Source: a virus (taxonomy: Duplodnaviria; Caudoviricetes). From it: 39,052 nucleotides of DNA. The notes below the pieces were generated by a model that saw nothing but the letters and a program-made list of their open reading frames with translations, was not told where the DNA came from and did not search any database. Of this stretch, positions 1 through 9,230 are shown piece after piece; position 1 is the first letter of the stretch, and each line of letters opens with the position of its first letter. A program made the translations under genes and the position numbers. The stretch spans positions 1-39,052 of IMG/VR virus record IMGVR_UViG_3300031787_000332. One strand, given 5' to 3'.

Positions 1-176
1 CTAAGAAAACCGGTTAAACCTCCAATATGTGATAGGTCTTTGTTAACCCAACCAATAGCAGCGAATGCTCTCAAGAAGGTGTTTAGTCCGTCTATTAATA
101 GCACTCGGCTGTCTACTGAGTCTAGGGTTTTCTCCTCTTTTAAAGAGTCGAATATTTTTTTGTATTCTGGGTTCAT
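1..176 (-). CDS. 5'-3' exonuclease / flap endonuclease (PolI N-terminal, PIN-like), 5' part only, runs off the window
   Basis: Not in the ORF track. ATG at 176-174 overlaps the RecA stop (TAATG). Manual translation MNPEYKKIFDSLKEEKTLDSVDSRVLLIDGLNTFLRAFAAIGWVNKDLSHIGGLTGFL contains the LLIDG-x-N-x-x-x-RA motif of PolI 5'-3' exonucleases/T4 RNase H. Confidence 0.85.
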   Translation of the reverse strand, partial: MNPEYKKIFDSLKEEKTLDSVDSRVLLIDGLNTFLRAFAAIGWVNKDLSHIGGLTGFL

Positions 177-1246
177 TAGTCTGCTGTGTCAAATATATCT
201 GGTGATAAGGCTGTTTCTTCTTCAACTACATCGAAAGACGTTGATCCAAGGACTTTCATCCATTGATCAGAGTACTCTTTCTTATAGTTATCAAGCTCCT
301 TCTTATCATCATTGATAAATCCGTGCACAGTCATAATGACTTTATTAACAGCTGTAACACCAGTTACGTGATTCTTATCACAGCTAATTCTAGTTCTCTT
401 AGCGAACTCTACTTCTTTACCATTTTTAGTAGCCTTGATCTTGTTTGTACCTGCTCTTGCAATGTTACCAAATGTGATAACTAAAGATGAGTCAAAGTAC
501 ATGGTGTTACCACCTTTGTTATTGAGTGTAGGCTGACCCATTGGTGAATCAGGCTTTGCTACCCACACCTTATTAACTGCTACTAATGTATTGGTATATG
601 GTTGAGATGCTTTACGTGATAATACAATACGCTGGTTAATGAAGTTACCAAACTGTTGTGACATGGCGCCTGCATTCCATTCGTTATTGTTTGTGCTTTT
701 CTCAATCGACATTCTACAAGGAATTGATCCAACTGAATCCCAGAAGAAGCAGATGTTGTAAGGAAGTGTTCCTCTCTTTTGCTCATCTAAAATATCAGCG
801 ATAAACCCTGCTACGTCTTCAATACACTCAAGCCTTTCACGATCGATATATAAGAAGAAGCCTTTGTAGTCTACAACTTCTCCAGTTGCAGGGTCTGCTA
901 TCTCTTCAAATTGAAAGCCCATCTCACGAGCGTGATTCCAATCCCACTTCATCTCTGTGATAATAAACACAGGTAGTATTCCTAACTTTTGCGCACTAAC
1001 AGCTGCTTCAAGTAGCGCAGTTGTTTTACCAGTATCAGAGTGTCCTCTTAAAAGTGTAATGTGACCAACAGGAATACCAGGAATTTGAAGTGTATCTTGA
1101 AAGGCTTGTGATAATGGTATCCAACTTTGTTCTTTGAAAACAACACCTGCAGATAAGTTCTTGCCTTTCTTAAACTTCTCTAGATCAGCTGTTCCTTTGA
1201 TTGCACTAGATATAGTGCTAGTAAGCGATTCTTTTGCTTTTGCCAT
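176..1246 (-). CDS. recA: RecA/UvsX-like recombinase
   Basis: 356 aa; Walker A GHSDTGKT preceded by GIPVGHITLL; catalytic Glu region FIITE; Walker B FFWDSVG; next to SSB. Confidence 0.9.
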   Translation of the reverse strand: MAKAKESLTSTISSAIKGTADLEKFKKGKNLSAGVVFKEQSWIPLSQAFQDTLQIPGIPVGHITLLRGHSDTGKTTALLEAAVSAQKLGILPVFIITEMKWDWNHAREMGFQFEEIADPATGEVVDYKGFFLYIDRERLECIEDVAGFIADILDEQKRGTLPYNICFFWDSVGSIPCRMSIEKSTNNNEWNAGAMSQQFGNFINQRIVLSRKASQPYTNTLVAVNKVWVAKPDSPMGQPTLNNKGGNTMYFDSSLVITFGNIARAGTNKIKATKNGKEVEFAKRTRISCDKNHVTGVTAVNKVIMTVHGFINDDKKELDNYKKEYSDQWMKVLGSTSFDVVEEETALSPDIFDTAD

Positions 1247-1262
1247 ACAAAACTATTGAGTT

Positions 1263-1289
1263 AAAAAACCCTGGCTTTTATTGCCAGGG
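1263..1289 (-). terminator. Rho-independent terminator after the SSB gene
   Basis: Minus strand CCCTGGC-AATAAAA-GCCAGGG followed by T6. Confidence 0.85.
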
Positions 1290-1297
1290 CTTTGTTA

Positions 1298-2104
1298 TTA
1301 AATATCGAACAAATCATCAATTGCCGAATCTACACTTGGCTTAGTTGTACTAAGAGTGTACTGACTGTTTGCTGGTTTTTCCCATGGCAAATCAGATGCT
1401 GGCTTAGATTCTACAGTGTCAGCAGATTCTTTCAACTCTTCTTCAGGGTTCAAATGCTTAAGTAAAGCGTCTTTCATATCTTCATAGCTATATCTTTTGA
1501 ATTGAGCTAGAGGATCTGGTTGGTTTTCAAGCCATAGTTTTACTTTGTTAGCATCTTCTGATAAAGGAGTTGCTTTTGTTCTTACACGCACAGTCGATGT
1601 GTTGTACATCAAGCCTGTTGTTTCTTTACCAGCTGTTTCAACTGTAATGTCACGGCCAGTAATAGGATCTGTGTAATCTCCTACATCCTCATCTTCAGCG
1701 ATAGAAAGTAAGTCCATGTAGACTTGCTTACCAAACTCCCAAAGACGAACTCCTTTGTCTTCTTCACCACGTACAATTACAGGTGCAAAGACACGCATTT
1801 TTGGTTCAAGCTTCTTAGCTAATTGCCAATTGTCTTTTTCGCTAGACTTACGAAGTCCTTGTGCAAACTCAACAATAGGGTCTTTTTCACCAAAGTTAGT
1901 TAATGCCATCATAGAACGGTTGTTGATGCCATAGTGCATGTAAACCTCTTTGAATGGATTTTGTTTGTTAAACACAGAAGGTACGATACGCACCGAATGT
2001 TTACCCACGGCTGGCCTCCAAATGGTTTGGCTCAGATCTTTCTTTTGTCCTCCACGTGGATTCTGTAGAGCCGACAATCTTGATTTGATGACTGATATGT
2101 CCAT
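1298..2104 (-). CDS. Single-stranded DNA-binding protein, T4 gp32-like
   Basis: 268 aa; W-x-P...VRIVP, DPIVEF, VRLWEFGKQVY, DPITGRDITV motifs; acidic C-terminal tail ending IDDLFDI; adjacent to RecA. Confidence 0.85.
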   Translation of the reverse strand: MDISVIKSRLSALQNPRGGQKKDLSQTIWRPAVGKHSVRIVPSVFNKQNPFKEVYMHYGINNRSMMALTNFGEKDPIVEFAQGLRKSSEKDNWQLAKKLEPKMRVFAPVIVRGEEDKGVRLWEFGKQVYMDLLSIAEDEDVGDYTDPITGRDITVETAGKETTGLMYNTSTVRVRTKATPLSEDANKVKLWLENQPDPLAQFKRYSYEDMKDALLKHLNPEEELKESADTVESKPASDLPWEKPANSQYTLSTTKPSVDSAIDDLFDI

Positions 2105-2120
2105 ATATAACTGTTTTGGT

Positions 2121-2158
2121 AAATGTAATGAATGTTCAAGAACGGAAAAAATCGTTCT
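2121..2158 (-). promoter_or_regulatory. Candidate early/middle promoter of the SSB gene (TACATT box with an upstream inverted repeat)
   Basis: Minus strand AGAACG-ATTTTTTC-CGTTCT inverted repeat, then TACATTT 11 nt downstream; same layout upstream of polA. Confidence 0.4.
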
Positions 2159-2170
2159 ATTAAGTGAGAT

Positions 2171-2198
2171 AAAAAAACCCTTGTAATTAAGGGCTTTT
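2171..2198 (-). terminator. Rho-independent terminator after the 2212-2502 gene
   Basis: Minus strand CCCTT-AATTAC-AAGGG followed by T7; a short T-run also lies on the other side. Confidence 0.75.
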
Positions 2199-2211
2199 CA
2201 TTTATTTTGTT

Positions 2212-2502
2212 TTAGAATCCAATGCTTACAAGATCTAGATCTGTTTCTATCCAACGAATTTTAAGCACTAGTAATTTTTTTAACTTCTCTGAAGTAAGAC
2301 GGGTATCTGGTGTGTCTATATCTACAACCACTCCACGGATACCATCAAATATTTGAGCGTGTTTGCCACCAATTATTTTTTCAAATGCTAAAACTTGCTT
2401 TTGTTGAACCGGAGTTAAGTTTTCAAGACTTGTTCTACGGGATTCATTTAATATGCCAGCAGTTTTTTGTAGCTTTTGTACCTCTGTTATATGCTTTTTC
2501 AT
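2212..2502 (-). CDS. Hypothetical protein, possible head-internal protein
   Basis: 96 aa; N-terminus ITEVQKLQKTAGILNES has (I/L)-x-E sites like T4 gp21 protease substrates; own ATATTTATT motif upstream and terminator downstream. Confidence 0.6.
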   Translation of the reverse strand: MKKHITEVQKLQKTAGILNESRRTSLENLTPVQQKQVLAFEKIIGGKHAQIFDGIRGVVVDIDTPDTRLTSEKLKKLLVLKIRWIETDLDLVSIGF

Positions 2503-2505
2503 GCT

Positions 2506-2514
2506 AATAAATAT
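2506..2514 (-). promoter_or_regulatory. ATATTTAT(A/T) late-promoter-like motif
   Basis: ATATTTATT 3 nt before the ATG at 2502. Confidence 0.55.
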
Positions 2515-2942
2515 TAGACTGCAACGATCTTATGGATAGTAGTGTTTAACTTTTTTAGGTCGTCACCTTGAGTCAACAAGATAGAATTCTTATAGTCGTT
2601 CCAGTTGATCATGAACGATGTATCTAGTACGCCATTATTTAGCTTCTTGATCAAAGTGTTCAAGGCGTTAATGGTATAAAGAGTGTTTGACTCTTTCTTT
2701 CTATGGAGTAGGATAGTATTAGGAAGGATCTTAGTCTGGCCACCTTGAAGTTCAATATTGTAGGTGCACATGTATTCCTCAGACTCTGGAGAAGCCAAAA
2801 CGAATATCTTTTTATATAAAATAGTGTACTCTCTGTTTATCTCCCTAAGGGTATCGTCCAAACCATCTTTGGAAGAGAAAGTACAAAACAACTTGTTCAT
2901 AAGCGATTCTGCTGTAATTTCAATTATTTTGTGTTCTTGCAT
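2514..2942 (-). CDS. Hypothetical phage protein
   Basis: 142-aa ORF, GTTATG start, fills the gap between neighbours; no recognisable family. Confidence 0.75.
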   Translation of the reverse strand: MQEHKIIEITAESLMNKLFCTFSSKDGLDDTLREINREYTILYKKIFVLASPESEEYMCTYNIELQGGQTKILPNTILLHRKKESNTLYTINALNTLIKKLNNGVLDTSFMINWNDYKNSILLTQGDDLKKLNTTIHKIVAV

Positions 2943-2959
2943 AACTTTTATTAATTAAT

Positions 2960-2968
2960 TATAAATAT
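2960..2968 (-). promoter_or_regulatory. ATATTTAT(A/T) late-promoter-like motif
   Basis: ATATTTATA in the intergenic gap upstream of the ATG at 2942. Confidence 0.55.
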
Positions 2969-2979
2969 TGAATATAGTA

Positions 2980-4275
2980 CTAGAAAGCATAGTTGGTTCC
3001 GTATTTGTGTTTTACAATCATGTCGTTCTTTTCTAACACTTCTTTTATCTTTTTTAGTAGTGTTTTTCCATCTTGCTGGCTGAAGTCAAACAAGAAAGAA
3101 TCATAGGTGATCAAGATTAACTTACTCTTCTTCTTACTTAGAAGTTTGTTTATCTCCAAGATCTTGTCAATGTTCTCTTTGGTCTCTAGATTCTGGACAA
3201 TGTAGTTGAACAATTTTAGCTTGTTCATGCCAGGCAGCTTCTTCAAGATACGGCCAGTAGGTAGGACAGCTGCTTTGTGAGCATTGTACTTCTTCCATTC
3301 TTGATCAATAAACTCACTCAGATGTTTAAAGAAGTCAATATGTTTGTATTGGGCTTCAATACCACCATACAGTTGCCTAAACGTAATGGTCTTTGATTCT
3401 TTATACTGCTCATCAGTTAGCTCGTCCTGGTTGAAATATGCGCGTCCTAGATACACGTGCATAGATTCTTTTGGAGGCTCAAAGCCAATCAACCTAGATA
3501 TTAGTCTTAGGTGATACGCATCGAAGTCAAACTCTACTAGAAAGTCATTCTTTGGAACAAAGCACTGTCTAAAGTCTTGGTCTTTAGGAATGGCTAGAAA
3601 GTTAATCCCATTGAATGAGTTAGTAGGCCTAGCTGTCAAATTGTACAGGTTATAGTAAGAATAGATAGTATCACCTAACAAACTATATTCTGGGTGTTGG
3701 AATTGGAACTTCTTATTAAAGCAGCTTAGATCAACTTTGATACCTGACTCTTCTACACCTTTATAAGCCTCAGTCAGTCTTTCTTGAAGTTCAATGTCCA
3801 TCTCAAGATGGAAGTAGTCTCTAACCAACTTATACAAGCACTCACACTTTTCATAGTGTTTAGCGATTGGTATGATCTCATTTAGTGTAGGTAGCACAGG
3901 GTACTTTATATAAAAGTCTTTATGTACCACTGTGTCACAATTAAAAGAACTGTACTCGTTGTTTTTATCTAGACAGATAAACTGTACATCGATTGAGTTA
4001 GGTAGATCTAAGAAGTACGAGTGAAACTTCTTGTCAAGTAGATAGATCTTAGTGTGCTTCTTTAGAAAGTCTTCTACTAACTTTAACTCTAGAGAAAAGC
4101 CTTCTGAGTGATTAATAACAAACACATAGCCTTTCTTACCATTATGATAATATACTAAACTGGCTCTTGAAAGTTTAGGGTGATAATAATCGTTAGAAGT
4201 GACTATCTGTATAAACGCCTCGTCTGAAAGTTCTAGACGCTGTAATTGTTCTTTATCTTCAATGATGAAATACAT
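2980..4275 (-). CDS. Short, divergent family A DNA polymerase-like protein
   Basis: 431 aa; TARPTNSFNGINFLAIP (cf. TGRLSS..PNLQNIP), motif A EFDFDAYHLRL, motif B KTITFRQLYG, motif C LITYDSFLFD; N-terminal region has no obvious DEDD exonuclease residues. Confidence 0.8.
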   Translation of the reverse strand: MYFIIEDKEQLQRLELSDEAFIQIVTSNDYYHPKLSRASLVYYHNGKKGYVFVINHSEGFSLELKLVEDFLKKHTKIYLLDKKFHSYFLDLPNSIDVQFICLDKNNEYSSFNCDTVVHKDFYIKYPVLPTLNEIIPIAKHYEKCECLYKLVRDYFHLEMDIELQERLTEAYKGVEESGIKVDLSCFNKKFQFQHPEYSLLGDTIYSYYNLYNLTARPTNSFNGINFLAIPKDQDFRQCFVPKNDFLVEFDFDAYHLRLISRLIGFEPPKESMHVYLGRAYFNQDELTDEQYKESKTITFRQLYGGIEAQYKHIDFFKHLSEFIDQEWKKYNAHKAAVLPTGRILKKLPGMNKLKLFNYIVQNLETKENIDKILEINKLLSKKKSKLILITYDSFLFDFSQQDGKTLLKKIKEVLEKNDMIVKHKYGTNYAF

Positions 4276-4295
4276 AACCTGTTATTAGTAACAAT

Positions 4296-4329
4296 AATAT
4301 ACTATTGTAGCGATAGTAAAAAAACTATC
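4296..4329 (-). promoter_or_regulatory. Candidate early/middle promoter of the polA-like gene (TATATT box with an upstream inverted repeat)
   Basis: Minus strand GATAGT-TTTTTT-ACTATC inverted repeat, then TATATT 10 nt downstream. Confidence 0.4.
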
Positions 4330-4973
4330 TACATAGTAGGTCTAGCAAATTTTGCGTAGTCACCACCAATGAAGTCAAGGATGCCTAAGAAAGTTCTATT
4401 AGCTGATTCGGTTAATCGTTGATTTGTTTCAATGATACCTGGTATAACGTTGTATTGAGATTCACGTTTACTATTCAAAGGTCCTGTCAACTTCCAAAGT
4501 ATAGTTGTAGTTTGATAAATAGTAATGTCGTAGTCAGCAGTACCATTCACAATTGAGTTATACTCGTCTTGAGATATTTCTGTAACGAAGCCTCGCTCGT
4601 TTTCTTTTTTAGTAAAGTAACGTATGATGTAACCTTTCTTATAATCTTGATCTGTTGGTTGAGGATAGTAAGAATTAGGTTGGCCTGGTATTCTAGTATT
4701 TGTTATTGTAGAAGCTGCGACTCCTGTTTTATTAGCAAGATCTCTTCTAGATCTTGTAGACAAATTAGTATTACTTAATCCAGGAGCAGACTGATAAGAT
4801 GGGATCCTTTGTAAAGGTTCGCTAGGTCCTACTTCTGGGCTAGATCCTGTAAACGCTCTACCATCATATGTTTCGTAGTACCTACCAGAATAAGGTAATC
4901 CATTCAGCAAAAATTCTGTTCCTGCTGTGTTTAAATTTGGTTTTACTGCAAATGATGGATAATATCTTAACAT
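4329..4973 (-). CDS. Hypothetical protein, probably virion/baseplate associated
   Basis: 214 aa; starts 1 nt after the hub gene stop; last gene of the tail operon. Confidence 0.75.
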   Translation of the reverse strand: MLRYYPSFAVKPNLNTAGTEFLLNGLPYSGRYYETYDGRAFTGSSPEVGPSEPLQRIPSYQSAPGLSNTNLSTRSRRDLANKTGVAASTITNTRIPGQPNSYYPQPTDQDYKKGYIIRYFTKKENERGFVTEISQDEYNSIVNGTADYDITIYQTTTILWKLTGPLNSKRESQYNVIPGIIETNQRLTESANRTFLGILDFIGGDYAKFARPTM

Positions 4974-4974
4974 A

Positions 4975-7900
4975 TTAACCTAATAAAGATTTTTGAACAT
5001 AAATATAAAAATCATTAACTGTTAAAGGATCTCCAGGTCTTTTTCCTGCTGCTGTTGCAATTGCAGGATTTTGTCTAGATATGATACCAGCAGATTGATT
5101 TTTAGATTCTATTAGAGAGCTTAGTGGTTTTCCTACTGCTGCTGGGAAAAATACATATAGATAAAGATCATAAGCATTTCTAAATGTGTTGTTACCAAAA
5201 TACTTTTCTACATAATCTAATTGCTTTAAAGGCCCCATTGTTTGAAGTTGATCAGTAGTGACTCCTAAACCGGCAGCTGTTTTTGGTAAAAATTGGATAA
5301 GTCCTACTGCTCCTATAGAATTTTTAACAGATGAATTAAACTTACTTTCTTTATAAAATACTATGTATAAATCATCTGCAGTTACTCCTAATTTAGTTGC
5401 TATTTGTTGAACTCTTTCTGGAACTCCTGTGGTGGCTATAAAATTTTTATACCCTTGACTATTTTTTATATAGTCTGGAAGTGTAGTTGATCCGGTCGAT
5501 GCTTGAACAGGATTATTAACAATTGGATTAGCAGGATTAACTCCAAATTGAACTGTTGTATTTGTTAACTGTTTAACAGATCCTACAAAATCAGTTTTAT
5601 ATTTTAAGAAAATCATATTAGCTCTAACCGCTGTAGTCCATTGATTATTTTCAATAGTGTTAGTAAGTCCTACTACAACAAAGCCTACTTTATTAATATG
5701 ATCTTTTGATAGTCCTTTTTGGTCTTGTACAATACGATTATTGTATGTGTAAGGAAGAAGTTGATCTGATATACTAAATGCTTGACCCATAGTAAAACCA
5801 GATATTCCATCTGTTGTAAAATTAACAGATACAGGAATCATAGCCGACGCTCTAGTAGGATATTCAGTATTTTTTATTTTACTCATCCTTTCTATATAGT
5901 AGTTAGTAGCTTGAGACACATTTGAATCTGATGGATTAATTTTACTATAAAAGTCAGATATAGTTTGATTAAATTGTATCGCGGCTGCTTTTACAGTATC
6001 TTGATCTGTTGCTTTACTTCCAGTTATATCTCCTTTAATCGGTATGAATCTATCTTTATAGCTAGTATTAATAAAGCCGAAATTATCTCCATTAGTAGAA
6101 AGAGTTGATTTTCCTGCTACGTCTGAATTGGCAGATATAGCGATCATATTACTCAACTTAGTGCTAATATCTGTTTTTATTTCTAGACTCTTGGCTATAC
6201 TAAACTTACCTACTAAAGGAATCTCACTTATGTTACTAGGTTGTAACATTTCCTCTCCTTCTAATGGCGGTGTTACTTGGTCATCTACTATATGAAAAGT
6301 ATTGCCTCCGTCATTGTAGGCCAGTCTTAACAGACTAAAATTGCCTAAATATTTGTTTATGTCTAATAGCAACTGCTCTAAAAACGGCTTTAAGTATATG
6401 CTATTAGTTCCATCTTTTAGGCTATAATCTCTAACTAGTTCAATAACATAATCTATACTAATTAAAACATTCATGATTTTTGCTCTGTAGATATTATTAT
6501 TTGCTTCATCAAATTTGATAGGAGGTATTTGACTAGACAAAGCGTCATCATTAGATGTATTAAATAAAGGCGTTGTTTCGTTACTTCCAGAAAGAGGTTG
6601 TATTTTTGTTTGATCCTTAGTTAAAATGTCTTTTAAAAACAAATCTTGATAGTCAGTAAAGCTTCCTTCAAACGGGATTAATACTTTAAAAGGATTTGTA
6701 CTTAAATGTTTTGTGTTAGATAAAAAGAAGTTTACATTAGGATTAAAATCAATATAAACTAAAGGAGTTTGAACTGTTGAGTCTTTAGTGTCATATATAG
6801 TACAACTATGATTAAGTATCATTAATAATAGACCTAATGGAATATATACTGGGTGGTTTGTAGTTACGCCTTTTACTATCTCTTGACTTATTTCATAAGG
6901 AACTACATACGCATTTAATAACCTTTTAAAATCAACATTTTTTTGATTCAACTCAGCTGTTGTAATACGGCCTGCCATCAACTCAGTTGCAAAACCATAC
7001 TTAGATTGTATTTTAAATCTATCTTCTGGATTCTTAGGATCCGTATCTACTATAGTACCTTCTACTAGTTCTGTAATATATTTAGAAAATATACCATTAG
7101 AAAATACCTGAGAATAAAATGTAGTGTTTCCAGACTTGTCATTTTTATCCCAGATAGGTAATGTATAAACTTTTCTACCAATTGAAAGATCATTGTTGCT
7201 TGCACCAATAGCTTTATTAAGAGCATGAACTTGAATAGTTCTTAAAGTTAATTCAAGCCCTGATTGTAATTGTAAAGCTTGTTGTATCTGGGTATTAGCT
7301 GCTTCTTGTGCCGCTGCTTGTTCTTCTGCAGTGGGTCCTTGATTTTGATTTTGTGCAGCAATAGTAGCTTCTACTACTTTAATGTCAGGAGCTTTTGCAC
7401 CTTTAATTACACTCTGTATTAAATTAGAATCTGTTATATATAGAGAAATTCTAACATTAACACTAACGTCTCCTGTGGTATCTATAACAGAAGACCCTCC
7501 TATATTATTTACTTCTTTTTTAACTTTGTCATTAACTACAACTACTACATCTTTTGTTAATGATAATATAGGAAAAGATAATCTATTTTCTTTATTTACA
7601 CTATTAACAGTCGAATCTATTTCTCCAATCTCAGCATATTTTAATGTACTTACACCTAAAGTAAGATTAGATACATTAAAACTTCCGTCTGTTTTTATTT
7701 GATTTATTGCTTTAGTATAAACTTCTTCAGAATTAACTGTGTCTCTTGAAAAACTAGGATTAATAGTTTCAAACTCTACTTTTATTCCTATAGGATATTT
7801 TTTTCCATTTATTCCTAAATAAGAAAATCTTTTAGCTCTTATATCTACAGTATTTCCTCTACTAGTCTGTATTAGATCGGCTGTCTTAAATAGTTTTGCT

Positions 7901-9228
7901 TCTACAGGAAGAGCATAAAATAAAGCGGCTTGTTTTTGTAAAAGAGCAGTTGTGCTTACAGGATTTGAAGGATCTGCTGTTTGACCACCTTGAAAATTAG
8001 AAGGCGGTTTGTTAGAATCAAAAAAACTAGTTACAGTATTAAAAAGATTTGTCGTATTTATATTTACTGATGATACGAGATCTGTTGTATTATTTACAGG
8101 AATAATCGCTCCAAATCTAGGAATTAACCAAGACCAACCTCTATCTTTAAGTTCATAAAAATAGTCTATATTATTGTCGTAATACCCAGTTAATTTTTGT
8201 TGAGAATTTGGAAGACCGGCTCTTTTAGCAATAACAAATTTCTGCTCATTAGTAGGTTCTTTATCTACTGTATTAATTTCTTTGTTTAAAACTCTAAGAA
8301 TCGATTCTTGTTGACTAGTTGGTGCTGGTGGCTCCGCAGGTGGTATATTTTGAGCAGCGGCTATTTGAGAGAGTGTTTGATTATACCTTCTAATCTCTTC
8401 TGCTAATATATTAGGTAGATCTTTTGGATTGTTAATCTTAATAGCGTCTCCTAATATACCGAGAGCCATTAGTTTAATAGTGCAATCATAACCTCCGTCT
8501 TGATTATAAGTAAAATTAAAGTTAGTAACCATGCCTAGCATAGCATCATAGTTACCTTCTGATTGCCTAACATTTTTGCTTATTTGTATAGCAATTTCTT
8601 CTTTAGTAAGATTTTGTCTAAAAGGGTCTATTGAATAAAGTTCTGTAGATTGTACTCTGCTACTTCCTTCAGGATAAAAAAAAGTTTGTCCCCATTCTAG
8701 GAACATGGTAAAACCAAGCTTAAAATAAAGAGCGTCGATAATATCTAATTGGGCTTTATCCCAACATTTAAAGTTAATTGTTGCAGCTCTAAGTGATCCT
8801 AATTTACCTTGCGTATCAATAGTAACAGATTGAATACCTGGCATTGGCCTATAACCAAATTGTTGTATTTCACTTGTTCCTAATATACCGTAGGCGCCAT
8901 CTTTACCAAGTCCTGCTCTTTGTTGATATGAATTTTCTCTTAGATATTTTGATGTGCCGCCGAATAAAACAAATTCCTTAGCAAGATCTTCTTTGTTCTT
9001 TATTGAGTCTCCTACTACTTTTCTAAAATAATCTATATCATTAGGATTCAATATATCAATAGAAGAAACAAGTCTTATCCAAGCGGTTTTATTCGCTATA
9101 AATAAGATATTATCATTGTCTCTAGAATCTCTAGCTCCTTGATTAGCTCTAGTATCCAATTGGTTTATTAACCATTGTGGAATTTTAGTGCCAATAATAT
9201 TTGATATCTTATTGCTATCAAAAGCCAT
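4975..9228 (-). CDS. Baseplate hub protein with C-terminal lytic transglycosylase (tail-associated lysin)
   Basis: 1417 aa; follows the LysM wedge gene; N-terminal RPMPGI...LEWG...YDAMLG.VTNF hub-like region; C-terminal ES-x-FN...GAVGLIQF SLT/lysozyme-like motif. Confidence 0.75.
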   Translation of the reverse strand: MAFDSNKISNIIGTKIPQWLINQLDTRANQGARDSRDNDNILFIANKTAWIRLVSSIDILNPNDIDYFRKVVGDSIKNKEDLAKEFVLFGGTSKYLRENSYQQRAGLGKDGAYGILGTSEIQQFGYRPMPGIQSVTIDTQGKLGSLRAATINFKCWDKAQLDIIDALYFKLGFTMFLEWGQTFFYPEGSSRVQSTELYSIDPFRQNLTKEEIAIQISKNVRQSEGNYDAMLGMVTNFNFTYNQDGGYDCTIKLMALGILGDAIKINNPKDLPNILAEEIRRYNQTLSQIAAAQNIPPAEPPAPTSQQESILRVLNKEINTVDKEPTNEQKFVIAKRAGLPNSQQKLTGYYDNNIDYFYELKDRGWSWLIPRFGAIIPVNNTTDLVSSVNINTTNLFNTVTSFFDSNKPPSNFQGGQTADPSNPVSTTALLQKQAALFYALPVEAKLFKTADLIQTSRGNTVDIRAKRFSYLGINGKKYPIGIKVEFETINPSFSRDTVNSEEVYTKAINQIKTDGSFNVSNLTLGVSTLKYAEIGEIDSTVNSVNKENRLSFPILSLTKDVVVVVNDKVKKEVNNIGGSSVIDTTGDVSVNVRISLYITDSNLIQSVIKGAKAPDIKVVEATIAAQNQNQGPTAEEQAAAQEAANTQIQQALQLQSGLELTLRTIQVHALNKAIGASNNDLSIGRKVYTLPIWDKNDKSGNTTFYSQVFSNGIFSKYITELVEGTIVDTDPKNPEDRFKIQSKYGFATELMAGRITTAELNQKNVDFKRLLNAYVVPYEISQEIVKGVTTNHPVYIPLGLLLMILNHSCTIYDTKDSTVQTPLVYIDFNPNVNFFLSNTKHLSTNPFKVLIPFEGSFTDYQDLFLKDILTKDQTKIQPLSGSNETTPLFNTSNDDALSSQIPPIKFDEANNNIYRAKIMNVLISIDYVIELVRDYSLKDGTNSIYLKPFLEQLLLDINKYLGNFSLLRLAYNDGGNTFHIVDDQVTPPLEGEEMLQPSNISEIPLVGKFSIAKSLEIKTDISTKLSNMIAISANSDVAGKSTLSTNGDNFGFINTSYKDRFIPIKGDITGSKATDQDTVKAAAIQFNQTISDFYSKINPSDSNVSQATNYYIERMSKIKNTEYPTRASAMIPVSVNFTTDGISGFTMGQAFSISDQLLPYTYNNRIVQDQKGLSKDHINKVGFVVVGLTNTIENNQWTTAVRANMIFLKYKTDFVGSVKQLTNTTVQFGVNPANPIVNNPVQASTGSTTLPDYIKNSQGYKNFIATTGVPERVQQIATKLGVTADDLYIVFYKESKFNSSVKNSIGAVGLIQFLPKTAAGLGVTTDQLQTMGPLKQLDYVEKYFGNNTFRNAYDLYLYVFFPAAVGKPLSSLIESKNQSAGIISRQNPAIATAAGKRPGDPLTVNDFYIYVQKSLLG

Positions 9229-9230
9229 AA

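Noticed and set aside
40-315. Tracked ORFs 40-315 (+) and 43-225 (-)
   Set aside because: They overlap recA and the better-supported exonuclease frame starting at 176.
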